64,000 nucleotides of DNA from positions 64,001-128,000 of IMG/VR virus record IMGVR_UViG_3300021399_000003. One strand, written 5' to 3'. The notes beneath the pieces are model-generated. The model was not told the DNA's origin. It was given only the letters and a program-made list of their open reading frames with translations, and made no database searches. Positions 46,486 to 57,535 of the stretch are shown here, one piece after another. This DNA comes from a virus (Duplodnaviria; Caudoviricetes). The translations under genes and the position numbers were made by a program. Within the stretch, counting starts at the first letter, position 1; each line of letters begins with the position of its first letter.

Positions 46486-47952
46486 TTAGGCAGTATAATT
46501 GTCTACCAAAGTGCTAGCGGTGCCGCAATCAAATATAAGACATTTAGTACCACTAGGATTTGTTACTGTATTGCTGCCTTCTTGTAAATCATATATACTT
46601 ATATCTTCTACATTCTCATATGCGGCAGTTCCTAATCCATGAATAGAAACGGTTTGAGCTGTTCCACCAGATGGTGTCACAGAAAATGCTCCATCTGTAG
46701 TTCCTTCTGCAAAGGTATAAGTAGTGTTATTATCTGGAATAGTAATTGTAGTTGGCTGTGCGCCAGTTGCTGAGGAAGTAAAGGTTAAAACGTGTCCATC
46801 GTTACTATCTTGTGTAAGAGTATAAGTAGTATTGGTAACAGTTTCGGTAGCAGTTCCTACACCAGTAATATGACCAAATTTATCTGTAGTAATTGTTTGA
46901 ATATATGTGCGGCCGCCAGATGTGCCTTTTGTGCTCGCACTGGCACCATTAGGTACAGCGTGTGTAATAGTTCTATTAGCACTTATATCACCGCCACCAG
47001 TTAAACCATCTCCACCACTAATAGTTATACTACTTAAAGCATAAGAGCCTTCATTACCAAGTTCACGCCAATTTGTCCCATCATACACATATTCTTTATT
47101 TCCAAAAGTAACAACATCACCAGAAGCATATGTACCTGTAGGAGTTGTTTCAGTTGGGTCTGCCGCGACACCCCCACGATAGTGCATAGCACCGCTTAAA
47201 CCAGCTGTTTTAGATGCCACATAAGTAGCAACTTGTGCTTTAGTTGGCAAATCAGTACTTGAGTCATTATCAGTAATTGCTGTTGTAGCAGTATTGGAAG
47301 ATATTGCAGTACCAGCATCAGTAATTTGATTTTTGGTTATAGCAATGTCTTGGAAGGTTGCAGCAATATAACCATCTTGTTCAGTTAAAGTGGCTAAAGT
47401 TTTATTAGGAGCAAATCCAAGAATGTGATGAGAAAGTGTACTTGTCCCACCATTTTCAGTATCTACATTATCAACATCTAAATCAGCTAATGCGTTTGCT
47501 ATTTGGGTAGAAATACTACCTGCTCCACCTGATAATCCATTAATATCATTTGTTAAAGCTTGTAACCAGTCTTGAATAGATGGTTGTGTCCATTTATTCT
47601 CATTAGTTAAATCTGTTGAATCTTTTCTAGTAGCTGTAATTTCATTACCTGTATAAGTTGGTTTGGTAGCTGCTTTAGCCCATGCATAAACATCTCCTGC
47701 TATTCCTTGAATCCAAGGTAATTTAATAAAAGTATGCGTTCCGTCACCAACTTTAATAGCTATCGCCGGTGGAGTCATTTGAGCTTGATTTGTAGTTTGA
47801 GTATCTGCTTGAGTAGCAGAACCAGGAATTTCTACAATACAAATCTCACCACGTAAAGGTATAAAAGGAGGAGTAGTTTGTGCGCTAGTAATCCAGTTAG
47901 CCAGCGTATCATATTTAGACTGTATTCTAGTTTTAATAGTATTTATAGCCAT
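46486..47952 (-). CDS. tail-fibre-related structural protein
   Basis: KVGDG..LPW N-terminus, GDGLTGGG, D.FGHIT. Confidence 0.7.
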   Translation of the reverse strand: MAINTIKTRIQSKYDTLANWITSAQTTPPFIPLRGEICIVEIPGSATQADTQTTNQAQMTPPAIAIKVGDGTHTFIKLPWIQGIAGDVYAWAKAATKPTYTGNEITATRKDSTDLTNENKWTQPSIQDWLQALTNDINGLSGGAGSISTQIANALADLDVDNVDTENGGTSTLSHHILGFAPNKTLATLTEQDGYIAATFQDIAITKNQITDAGTAISSNTATTAITDNDSSTDLPTKAQVATYVASKTAGLSGAMHYRGGVAADPTETTPTGTYASGDVVTFGNKEYVYDGTNWRELGNEGSYALSSITISGGDGLTGGGDISANRTITHAVPNGASASTKGTSGGRTYIQTITTDKFGHITGVGTATETVTNTTYTLTQDSNDGHVLTFTSSATGAQPTTITIPDNNTTYTFAEGTTDGAFSVTPSGGTAQTVSIHGLGTAAYENVEDISIYDLQEGSNTVTNPSGTKCLIFDCGTASTLVDNYTA

Positions 47953-47964
47953 AATTACACCTCC

Positions 47965-48918
47965 TTATGCGTTACCGCCATTTAAAATAAATTCATCTCC
48001 AGTAGGTACATAAAGCTTTGTAGTAGATACACGATTTAGAGACATAACACCAAGAGAATTAATTGAAATACTATTATCTGCATTACTAGAAAGAACTCCA
48101 CCAAGAATAGTATCTGTAGCGACTCTAAGCAATCCTACTTCACTAGCAGCTATTCCACTATCTACTAAACTTCCATCCGCCGCAACACTTAGTAAATTTC
48201 CTTCTGCTTGAACAGTTGGTTTTTGTACATAATTAGTTAAATCAACAGAAGTATCACCTATCAATACCATTTCATTATTAATAAGTAAATATTCTTTATA
48301 TTTATCTGCACCAGTAGCATTAACATCTTTTAACATATAAACAGTGTTTTTATCTGCATAATTAGCACTTGGTATTTCTGTTACTATTTCTCTACGTAAA
48401 TGAGAAGCATTCGCAATTTGTGTAGTAATAGTATCATCAACATACTTTTTTGTAGTAGCTTCTGAATTAGTACGTGGTTCACGTGCGAGAGAAACTATCG
48501 CGCCACTAATTATACCTTGTGATTTATCAAAATTAAAATTATCTGGTGGCTTTACCCATTTTGCTACTCCATTAGTAATATCTAATTCTACTACGCTTGG
48601 CCAGGGATGAGTAGAATCTACCGTTACTTTATTTTCAGTACCAGTACTATAATCATAAACATAATAATATTTACCATAATTCGCAACAGTAAATTTATTA
48701 TTTACTAATGTAACTAATGCGCCATCACCTTCATGGCCACCGCCACCTTCATTTATATAATTTAAATCATTATATGGGAGCGTGCCATCGCCTAATTTTA
48801 ATAGACCAGTATCTATTTCAGCTCCAATTTCGCCTTTAGCTAGTATAGGATTTCTAGACACCCAAGTATCTCGCGTATCATTACGTAAAATAAGTCTTGC
48901 TCTAACTGAATATGGCAT
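47965..48918 (-). CDS. Mtd-N-like tail protein
   Basis: NPILAKGEIG.E.DTG..KLGDG, ATTKKYVD. Confidence 0.7.
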   Translation of the reverse strand: MPYSVRARLILRNDTRDTWVSRNPILAKGEIGAEIDTGLLKLGDGTLPYNDLNYINEGGGGHEGDGALVTLVNNKFTVANYGKYYYVYDYSTGTENKVTVDSTHPWPSVVELDITNGVAKWVKPPDNFNFDKSQGIISGAIVSLAREPRTNSEATTKKYVDDTITTQIANASHLRREIVTEIPSANYADKNTVYMLKDVNATGADKYKEYLLINNEMVLIGDTSVDLTNYVQKPTVQAEGNLLSVAADGSLVDSGIAASEVGLLRVATDTILGGVLSSNADNSISINSLGVMSLNRVSTTKLYVPTGDEFILNGGNA

Positions 48919-49382
48919 TATGCTTCACCCCCATTAACAATAGTGTTGGTAATAAGCATTGCATTAACTGGAATATATTCATTATCCCAATAATATAGTA
49001 TTTTTTCAACTTGATCAAAATAAAGTTTTGAAGTTGAACCATAAACAGGAAAATTATCATAATTTTCAAAAATAATTTGTTTATCAGAAACATAATTAAC
49101 AAATCTATCTAAAAATTCTTTTTCAGTTCCAACAAATCCATTAATTAAAGCAACTTTATATAATTGATTTGAAAAAATTGATAAAGAAGTATTTTCCCAA
49201 GGATAAATTAAAGAAATATTTTGTTGTATCGGAATTGGTATTGTAAGTGTACCTTCGTCTGTTGGCACGGTCGCGCCCCAACTATATATATTACCCAAAC
49301 CTGCGGTGCGAGGTTTGGGCGGTATAATATGAGAATCATATTCAAGAAGTAAATCTCTTGTGCGCCATCTTTCTTTACACAT
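48918..49382 (-). CDS. hypothetical structural-module protein
   Basis: A..NGFVGTE.EFL motif. Confidence 0.55.
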   Translation of the reverse strand: MCKERWRTRDLLLEYDSHIIPPKPRTAGLGNIYSWGATVPTDEGTLTIPIPIQQNISLIYPWENTSLSIFSNQLYKVALINGFVGTEKEFLDRFVNYVSDKQIIFENYDNFPVYGSTSKLYFDQVEKILYYWDNEYIPVNAMLITNTIVNGGEA

Positions 49383-49758
49383 CTTGAGTCACTTCCCGAA
49401 TATCACAAATTGGAAGAGAGAAGGCTGCATAATATGAATTAATTTCATCACCATCTATAGGGCGTATTTGCTCTTCATCGCCTTCTTCATATTGCGGATT
49501 CTTATATAAAACTATATCCCAAAGATATTTTTTAGGTTCTAAATTAGCTGTATCTTCACGAATAAAATTAATTGTAATAACATCACCATCAATAGTACCC
49601 TTTATAGCATGAACCGATTTTTTAGTCATTGGGTCATATATATAAAAAACCGCTGTATCATTTCCTTCCACCGTTCCCTGTAATGGGATAGTAAAAGAAC
49701 CGGTGTCACCGCGAGGAATGATTAAACGACGTTGTATCAGCCTAATCATCTTCATCAC
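49375..49758 (-). CDS. BppU-like baseplate-associated protein
   Basis: RGDT, DT.NL...Y.WDI, EVT. Confidence 0.55.
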   Translation of the reverse strand: MMKMIRLIQRRLIIPRGDTGSFTIPLQGTVEGNDTAVFYIYDPMTKKSVHAIKGTIDGDVITINFIREDTANLEPKKYLWDIVLYKNPQYEEGDEEQIRPIDGDEINSYYAAFSLPICDIREVTQDV

Positions 49759-49764
49759 CTACTT

Positions 49765-50628
49765 TTAACGATAATACCTACGATTGTCGCGCATATAATC
49801 ATATCTATAATATCCGAAATTCTCTTCATCTTCATCATCATCGTCATCATTGAAATTATAATTGGCATAATTACCTTCACCGCGACGACGGAACTGAGAA
49901 TTTTTTTCATTCATAGTACGTATTTTATCAGCGTAATGACGCTTTAATTCATCTTGCTGTTGTAGAATATAGGCCATATCATAACCAGTGCTTTCAAGAT
50001 TCATCATCTTGTTTTCAGCAGTCGCAATTTCTTTCTCTACATGCTCAATTAGATGGTCTAATTTACGTGCGGCTTCACGCTCATTCATTTGCTCTAAGCG
50101 TTGTGCCATTTGAGATAGATATTGACGAGTTTCTTTCTCATATTCAATCCATTTCTTAAAACCGTCTTTAACCGCATTGCGCTTGGTTCCTTGGTCTACA
50201 TCATAACGAGTATAATTATACCAATTTGTAGGAATAACATTATTAGCATAATTTTTACCAACATTGGCCATGCTGGTCATACCATTGGTATTATTATTCA
50301 TACCAGTGTTATTCATACTATTTTGGTTATTATTATTGTTTTGGTTATTATTTTGATTATTATTGGCCATGTTAGCCATATTAGATAACATGCCGCTTAC
50401 CATATATGTAGGTTGTACTAACTGATTGTACTCTTTCATATACATATCTTTTGCCTTACGATATGTAAGTAGTTCGCAAAGCATTTGATACTCATGGCAC
50501 TTCTGATAACCAGGTAGGTTTAAGAAAGCATAATAATCAGCAAGTTGTTCGTGCATCTCCACACCCTGCTTCATTCTATTAATCAATTCAGAGTAGAGAG
50601 TCTGTAGTTCTTGATTATTTTGAGCCAT
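49765..50628 (-). CDS. ferritin-like helical protein with N/Q/M-rich insert
   Basis: G..MH.QLADYY.FL.LPGY..CHEY, W..YE.ET. Confidence 0.6.
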   Translation of the reverse strand: MAQNNQELQTLYSELINRMKQGVEMHEQLADYYAFLNLPGYQKCHEYQMLCELLTYRKAKDMYMKEYNQLVQPTYMVSGMLSNMANMANNNQNNNQNNNNNQNSMNNTGMNNNTNGMTSMANVGKNYANNVIPTNWYNYTRYDVDQGTKRNAVKDGFKKWIEYEKETRQYLSQMAQRLEQMNEREAARKLDHLIEHVEKEIATAENKMMNLESTGYDMAYILQQQDELKRHYADKIRTMNEKNSQFRRRGEGNYANYNFNDDDDDEDEENFGYYRYDYMRDNRRYYR

Positions 50629-50640
50629 AACTATCCCTCC

Positions 50641-51102
50641 TTAGCAAAGTTTAGTAACAATCATATTAATATGACCCTCAGTTACATCACCTGCTCCTTC
50701 AGGATTTATAATACTTAAATTAGTTGCAGAAGTAGTCCAATTGCAAGGACAATCGGTTTGAGCTACAGTAACTAAAGTAGTAAAGCTACCAGAAGCAACA
50801 CTATTCGCGGCAGCTGTTGTGGTGCTAATAGCCTGTGGTACTGGTACGCCGTTTTGAGCTAATTGGATGGAATAGACTCCATCAGCTGCGACAGTACCGA
50901 AGCCATCAACTTGAACAACATAAACGCCTTTTTTATCTAGAGCAATAGAACCAACAGCATTTTGGACCGCAGTCTGACCTTTATAAAAAGTTACATTATT
51001 GAGTGGATAAGTTCCACCAGCAGCAACAGATACACCATTACTATAAACTTGAATCATAATAATTCCTCCTATAATAAAAAAGAGGCACTTGCCCGAAAGC
51101 AA
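50641..51102 (-). CDS. BclA-C-like beta protein
   Basis: GVY.V, LAQNGVPVPQA, VTKLC. Confidence 0.5.
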   Translation of the reverse strand: MLSGKCLFFIIGGIIMIQVYSNGVSVAAGGTYPLNNVTFYKGQTAVQNAVGSIALDKKGVYVVQVDGFGTVAADGVYSIQLAQNGVPVPQAISTTTAAANSVASGSFTTLVTVAQTDCPCNWTTSATNLSIINPEGAGDVTEGHINMIVTKLC

Positions 51103-51108
51103 GTGCCT
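51076..51108 (-). terminator. intrinsic terminator
   Basis: AGGCACTTGC/GCAAGTGCCT hairpin + T tract. Confidence 0.7.
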
Positions 51109-51149
51109 TTTGTATTAAACTAGATACACTAAATGCATTCGGTGTTTAA

Positions 51150-51869
51150 TTACATATTGCAACCACAGCCGCAACCGCAGCCATTGTTGTTGCAGAAAGG
51201 ATTGTTACCAGCATTATAGGTCCAGCCGCTTGGATAACGGACTACACCATTTAGAGCATTCTGTAGCTGTAGAGCATCAATTTGATTCTGCATATCAGCC
51301 ATACGATTACCAGTAATAGCATCAATAATCTTCTGAACACCAGCATTGGTAGTCTGGTTGATAGAAGCGGTATTCATAGCATTCTCGTAACGAGCCTGTG
51401 CTAGATTAGAATTGATGTTATTGCCAACTTCATTAATTAGCATACGAGTATCGCAGCAGCACTGGTTCTGATTTGCAAGTAGAGTCATTTGATTAGTACG
51501 AACATCATTAATTTGGGCACCAATAACAGCTTGAATATCCTTCATTACATTAATATTGTCGTACTTTGCTTGAGACGTGGCAGCAACTGCTTGCGCAGTA
51601 CCATTGGTAATTGCATTCATAATGTCACGATTTTGGTCCTGTAAGTCGGAGAAGTTCATTCCATTCTGTACGAAATCCTGTGTGGCGTACTGTGGATGAT
51701 AGCCATTGCCACCAAAGCCACCGTTGCCCCAGCCGCCCATTAGGGCAATAATTGCGAATAACCAAATCATGCTACCCCAGCCTCCTTCCATACCCCAGCC
51801 ATTGTTATTGCCGGTTAATAGAGCAACATCAGAAGCAGTTAGTCCTTCATTACCATTCATAAGGGACAC
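51150..51869 (-). CDS. conserved Firmicute-phage protein (Gly-rich TM, QCCC, GCGC tail)
   Basis: GGWGNGGFGG, NQCCCD, CGCGC. Confidence 0.7.
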   Translation of the reverse strand: MSLMNGNEGLTASDVALLTGNNNGWGMEGGWGSMIWLFAIIALMGGWGNGGFGGNGYHPQYATQDFVQNGMNFSDLQDQNRDIMNAITNGTAQAVAATSQAKYDNINVMKDIQAVIGAQINDVRTNQMTLLANQNQCCCDTRMLINEVGNNINSNLAQARYENAMNTASINQTTNAGVQKIIDAITGNRMADMQNQIDALQLQNALNGVVRYPSGWTYNAGNNPFCNNNGCGCGCGCNM

Positions 51870-51943
51870 CTCTCTAATTTTATTATATATAATAAAAAAT
51901 CCGTTTTAACGGATTTTGGCATAATAAAAGAGCCAGTAATAAA

Positions 51944-52231
51944 TTACTGACTCATTAATTCACGCATAAATTCTGCGGGGTCAATGCCTTTTTGTTTTGC
52001 TAATGATATAAAAGCTGTTTGAAGATTTCCTCCGTTTTGTTTGATTAACTCTAATGCTGGTTTAACATTAGGGTTATTCATAAGCATTTGATTCATCATA
52101 GCTTGGGGATTTCTTAAACTCATTACCTGTTGTAATGCTTGTTTAGCCTGCTGTATTTGAGGTTTCGTCAAATTGTTCATTGCGGGCATTTGACTTCCGC
52201 TGTTTATTTGCTCCATTATAGGATTTGGCAT
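51944..52231 (-). CDS. hypothetical Q/M/N-rich protein
   Basis: NPQAM, LAKQKGID. Confidence 0.6.
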   Translation of the reverse strand: MPNPIMEQINSGSQMPAMNNLTKPQIQQAKQALQQVMSLRNPQAMMNQMLMNNPNVKPALELIKQNGGNLQTAFISLAKQKGIDPAEFMRELMSQ

Positions 52232-53277
52232 ATATCTTTTCCTCCAATGCTGCTAGCCGTTGTTCAAGAGAATTTAAATCAACTGGCGGGGCTGGTTGAA
52301 ATGGCGTAATGGTATATGGAGTTATTGTTTTGTATCCCGCACCATCTGTCTGTACAAACCAGACTAGAGGATCATTTTCATCTAATAATAGAACTTTACT
52401 GTTAGGCGCCATTTGAAAAGCATCTGCACCATTTTGGCCCTTAACCTTAATGATGTCATAATGAGGAAAGCTATTTACACTCATGCGAGACAAATAATCT
52501 TGTTGTGGCATAGTATTCATTCCATTCATCATGCCCATTAGGTTATTATTATTCATCATACCATTATAACTATTCATATGTGGTCCTCCGAATATAAATA
52601 TCCTTCATTGAAAGTGTATGAAGGTTAAAAAGCGTTCATCACAATTTCTTCTTATATAAATATAAAAAGAGTAAGGCTGAACCTTACTCTTCCTCACCAT
52701 ATTCGCGGCCACAATAAGGGCAAAAATTACATACCCTCATATTATTCGCCGCATCTAAAAAGAATAATTCCTTATTCTTTTTCTTTTTCTTATCCCAGCA
52801 AAAACCGCATCCAAACTCTTCTTCAATTTTTGCTGGGGATTGTCCTTGTGAAGCCAAATAAGATTCTTCGTCGTAAAACTTCATTCTCTATCTCCTTTGT
52901 TTGCAGAACAAAGTGCTATAAGCATTATTCCACAAATTTCTCCAATAATAAAAGTAGGAATTAATATCCACCAACTTACCATACAATTACTCCTGCATTT
53001 CGCCGCAGTCGGTTATATTCGCCCTGAGATACCCAACGAATAATGTCAAAGGAACGCTTTGAATAAGTGTTATTAATAGCAATTTCTTCAACATCAAGAA
53101 CTCCAACTTTTACCTTATAGGCAATAAAAGGAGTTTCATAATCACCAAAGTCCTTAAAAGTAACGGTATCCAAAATAATCCAGTTATCCATGTCATAATA
53201 ATTAGGCCGCAAATTCTTCATACTCCCTTCCCCTTTCTGATAATATTATATCAGAATTTTAGTTAAAAGTCAAATAT

Positions 53278-53823
53278 TTATTTTGTAAGTCCATAATCAA
53301 TTATACGCAATCCAAACACTGGATGATAGCCAATATTTGTAGGATTATATATTATATCTTCTTCATTTAATTCTAGATAATCACATACATGCTGTATTGC
53401 GCGTAAAAATGTTAACACATCGGTTTTATCTACTTCTAATTCTTTTAGCCGCATGCCAACTAATATAAGGTTTTCATTATTATTATATTTATATACTTCT
53501 TCTTCATCTATTAATGGAGTAAATCTAGGAAAAGTTAATATAGGAGTATTAGAATATTGATCCCAGCCAGTACCAACAATAGGAGCCAAATATTTACGTA
53601 TATCTTCTGGACTATTAAACCAAGAATACCATTCATAATATTGTTGTTCAATAGCCGTTTTAAGTTCCGCGCCCAAAGAAGATGGAATATTTAAAACTTG
53701 CTCATTCTCATATTCATCAAAAGTGGGCAGCTTAAAACCAATTCGTAATGGGTCAACAGAAATTATTTTTTGAATATATTCCTTGCTGTTATTATAATAA
53801 GGAACTACTGCGCGACTGCCCAT
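53278..53823 (-). CDS. protein-kinase-like fold protein
   Basis: FKLP, EDI..NIG..IIDYG. Confidence 0.45.
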   Translation of the reverse strand: MGSRAVVPYYNNSKEYIQKIISVDPLRIGFKLPTFDEYENEQVLNIPSSLGAELKTAIEQQYYEWYSWFNSPEDIRKYLAPIVGTGWDQYSNTPILTFPRFTPLIDEEEVYKYNNNENLILVGMRLKELEVDKTDVLTFLRAIQHVCDYLELNEEDIIYNPTNIGYHPVFGLRIIDYGLTK

Positions 53824-54260
53824 TACTTTTCTCCTAGTAGAGTAGAAATCTTTTCATGTCTACGAGCTGTATTGCGCTCAATCTTATCACCATATTGGTT
53901 AATATTTACTACTGCTTCTGTTAGCCAGTCATCAATAGTATTAATATAGGTATTAGCACGCTTAAAGAAGCTCTTATGAATCTTATCCTTTGCGCGCGAA
54001 TAAGCTATCATCTTTCCTGTTTCAATAGAAAATTCATCTTCTGGGTCGCATGAGGCAATACCAATAAACTTATTGGGCATTGTTAACTTAGGATAAAGCT
54101 CACCATAGCCCCAAAGAGAATCACAAGTGGGACTAATCTTTGAATTTTGGTCTATATAGTTTATAAACATATCAGAAGTTCCTTCAAAAATACAAATAAC
54201 CTTTCGTGCTTCTTCATTAACAATAAACTTTGCCTGATTCTTAGTAATATTTAGGTTCAT
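53823..54260 (-). CDS. hypothetical protein
   Basis: A.C.PEDEFS.ETG..IA motif. Confidence 0.6.
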   Translation of the reverse strand: MNLNITKNQAKFIVNEEARKVICIFEGTSDMFINYIDQNSKISPTCDSLWGYGELYPKLTMPNKFIGIASCDPEDEFSIETGKMIAYSRAKDKIHKSFFKRANTYINTIDDWLTEAVVNINQYGDKIERNTARRHEKISTLLGEK

Positions 54261-55222
54261 TCTTTTTTTCTCCTTTTTTCTTTTATTATACTATAAATTT
54301 TATTAAAAGTCAATATTGATAGGAGCAATATTAAAATTTTTCACCAGTGAAGGAGGAATTGTAGTATTTAACCATTCAGTAAAACAACTAGCAGATGAAT
54401 GTGCATTATAGTAAAGATTATGCAGCCATTCATTCCAAGTTGGATAACGCGGAACAGGATGATTTATTGCCCAATCTGTAACTAATTGCACGCATTCCTC
54501 TGGAAATAAATTTGCCATTTGTGTACAGTCTTCATATTGATTAAGTTTATCAAATTTATAAAACGGGCATTCATTACATAGTCTGTCTTCATTACCTTCA
54601 TACTCACACATACGTTTTTGTTCCTTTAAATATTCAACAGCATCCATTGATAATATTTCCTCCCTGTTCTTTATATGAAAAAGATTTATTACATGCTAGA
54701 CAAGTACATTGATGTATAGAATAATTCCTATCTGGATTAATATTAATACCATCTTTATAAACAGGTGGAAAATATATTGCTGTTCGTGTTACATAATTCT
54801 CCATATAATAACTTTGCCCGCAAAACGGACATTCAATATTTGTATCCATTCTTTATCTCCTTATAAGTACGAGTAATATAAAATGGAGTTTCAATTTCTT
54901 CTCGTATTGGTCGTTGTTCAATCCAATTCATTATTCCTTCTACTCCAGCGGCCAGTACTACGGTTCCACCAAAACAACAAATTAAAGATAGCCAAAACAT
55001 CAATTTTTTCTCCTTTTCTTTTTCTACATCTATTATATCAAAAAATAAAGAGGAAGTCAAGTAATTATTACTTAACTTCCTTCTCAAGATTACGCTTCTC
55101 TCTTTGAAGTGCGGCAATAAGCTTGAGATTCATCATCTCATTACGCGCCTTCATCAGATTGATACGATATTCAATACGCTTAATCTCGGTTTCCTTATTA
55201 TAAAACATACTCCTTTTCCTCC

Positions 55223-55753
55223 TTAAATCCATAGCATACTATGATATTTAATTAGTTGTACATATGCATCTTGTATTATTTTTTCACGCTCTTCAGCTAG
55301 TTCTTGCTCACGTTCATGATATAATTGACAAATTTCATCGGCTTCTTCTTTTGTCATAGTAGTTGTCATGGTAATGTTTGGATGCGGATGACGGACTAGA
55401 AAGGCTTCTTCAAATTTATCTGCCCATTCATTGCGTCCTTCATACCAATTTTCTTCCCACACAGATTCAAACACATCGGCTAAAGAATTACACCAATCTG
55501 TCCACTTCTCTGGAGTTTCAAAAGGTTCAACTCCTGGATAAGCATATCCATTAGCTATGTCTCGCAACATGGAAGGGATAAGATGAAGCAAATATTCATC
55601 CATTTCTGCTGAATCGCGCCAAGCGTGACCTTTTCTCACGCGAGCAACACCGGCCTTAAAATTCCACCATATTTCTTGAAAAAATCGCCAAGGATGAGTT
55701 AAATAATAACGCGGCCGATAAGGGAAATCATTCCATGCATTCATTAAGCTCAT
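55223..55753 (-). CDS. hypothetical protein
   Basis: ORF in operon. Confidence 0.6.
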   Translation of the reverse strand: MSLMNAWNDFPYRPRYYLTHPWRFFQEIWWNFKAGVARVRKGHAWRDSAEMDEYLLHLIPSMLRDIANGYAYPGVEPFETPEKWTDWCNSLADVFESVWEENWYEGRNEWADKFEEAFLVRHPHPNITMTTTMTKEEADEICQLYHEREQELAEEREKIIQDAYVQLIKYHSMLWI

Positions 55754-56332
55754 ATTCTAATCCCCTCTATTCTTTTTAAATTACTTATATATTGTTGGGC
55801 TTCTTCTATTGTTTTATATATATAGTAATTATTAAATTCATCTTCTATATTTTTTTCAGGAAATACAGGTTGACCCCATTCAAAAGTTGTTATTTCTCTA
55901 ATACAATATGAAATGCCATGTACTTTGAAAATAGAAATTACATTTGTATTCTTTTGGTAAGGTGAATATAGGTCAATGATGTAGCCTACGGAGGGCACGG
56001 GCAAACGCCTCTTCTTCTTCATAATCTTCAAACCGCAAGAATACATCATTTTCAATCCACTCTGTATAAATGTCATCATATTGTGCCTTATTCATTTCAA
56101 TCTCTTCCTTATATTTTGTATCCGTAGAATTTATAGAATATATTTCCATCAGTAATGTGGTCAACCTGCATTACTATTCCATGATGTTCTGCCCAAGGGC
56201 GAACTAATTTTAAATCACCTTCAGTAAGAAGATAGTAAAAAGAATTTTCTTTATTTTCACGCGCGATTTCTAGACGGTCTTCAAGCAAATAAATAATTGC
56301 ACTTTTATTTTGAGGCTTCTTTTTAAATAGTG

Positions 56333-57052
56333 TCATAGTTCTTTCTTTAAATATCCTTTCACAATATTTTTCATACAGGTAGCCAAATCATCGTTCCAAG
56401 CCGCGATTAGATTAAGTTCAGATTCAGAATACATAAGATGATGATAATTACGGCAATTATCAGCAAAACGTTTCATATCTTCAAAAGTCGCAAAGATTGC
56501 TTCTTTTGTAGGGAGTTCCTTATCTTCATTGAAGCGCAATTCACGAGCATCGGCAAATACCTGTTTCTCTCCCCAAGTCGTATTGTCCATAGCAAAGTCA
56601 TGTTCTGCTACAAAATAACAAAGATTGATAAGATATAACGCGCGCGAAGCAGATTTACGGTTGACCCCATAGCGGTCAAGTGAATTTTTAATCATACCTT
56701 CTACTGTGGCCATAAAACTATCCCATACAATAAAAAGATAACCTTCTACATATGCGCGTTTTGCCGCATCAATATAAGTTTCAATGTTGCCCGCACATTT
56801 AATATAATGAGAGAAAAGCATTTCTAAGGCATTGACATTACCTTTACGAACATTCTTATCAAAAGTAAGAATACTCATGACATTACAATGTTCTGGGTCA
56901 TATCCATCAGGTAAATCATTTTTATCTACTTTGTGGTAGTTATAAAAATCATTGAAGTCGGGCATCATAAGAAGTTTATAATCAAAATCAGAATCAGGGC
57001 CATCTAAATAATAATTCTGGGAACCTACCAACATCTGTGCTACTGGTTTCAT
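56333..57052 (-). CDS. Pol-beta superfamily nucleotidyltransferase (RlaP-like)
   Basis: GSQNY.LD..DSDFD, GN.NALE.LF. Confidence 0.72.
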   Translation of the reverse strand: MKPVAQMLVGSQNYYLDGPDSDFDYKLLMMPDFNDFYNYHKVDKNDLPDGYDPEHCNVMSILTFDKNVRKGNVNALEMLFSHYIKCAGNIETYIDAAKRAYVEGYLFIVWDSFMATVEGMIKNSLDRYGVNRKSASRALYLINLCYFVAEHDFAMDNTTWGEKQVFADARELRFNEDKELPTKEAIFATFEDMKRFADNCRNYHHLMYSESELNLIAAWNDDLATCMKNIVKGYLKKEL

Positions 57053-57053
57053 A

Positions 57054-57512
57054 TTATTTTCCTTTCTTATAATATTTTTCTTCTACATATCCTCCCGCGT
57101 CAGTGTAACAAACTGTACGCACTCCTAAATTTCGCAAAAGTTTTTCACAGCTAGGGCAACACTTCGCGAGAGCCATTTGTCCATTCTTATGTTCTCTATA
57201 AATATAGACTACCACATCTTTGAAATCAATATCCAAATAACGAATTTTTCTATAAAGATTGGTTTCAGCGTGCGCACGGGCAGGTTTCAGCATTATATCG
57301 CTTTTATCTTCTATACGATAGCGATTATAATAATATTGAGTGGTATTGGTTTTTGAAGTATTATGCGCGCGAGCAAGTATAAATTTATCTTTATATACTG
57401 CCAAAGCGCCCAAGTGTGCACCATGATAATCAGACAAATGACTTTCTTTTTTGGCTTCTTCAAAAAACCGCTCTTTCACTAAATATTTTCTCCCTTCCGT
57501 TGATATAATCAT
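57054..57512 (-). CDS. cytidine/dCMP deaminase-like zinc protein
   Basis: HAE and CCPSC. Confidence 0.75.
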   Translation of the reverse strand: MIISTEGRKYLVKERFFEEAKKESHLSDYHGAHLGALAVYKDKFILARAHNTSKTNTTQYYYNRYRIEDKSDIMLKPARAHAETNLYRKIRYLDIDFKDVVVYIYREHKNGQMALAKCCPSCEKLLRNLGVRTVCYTDAGGYVEEKYYKKGK

Positions 57513-57535
57513 TATATCATAAATTTAAGAGTTAG

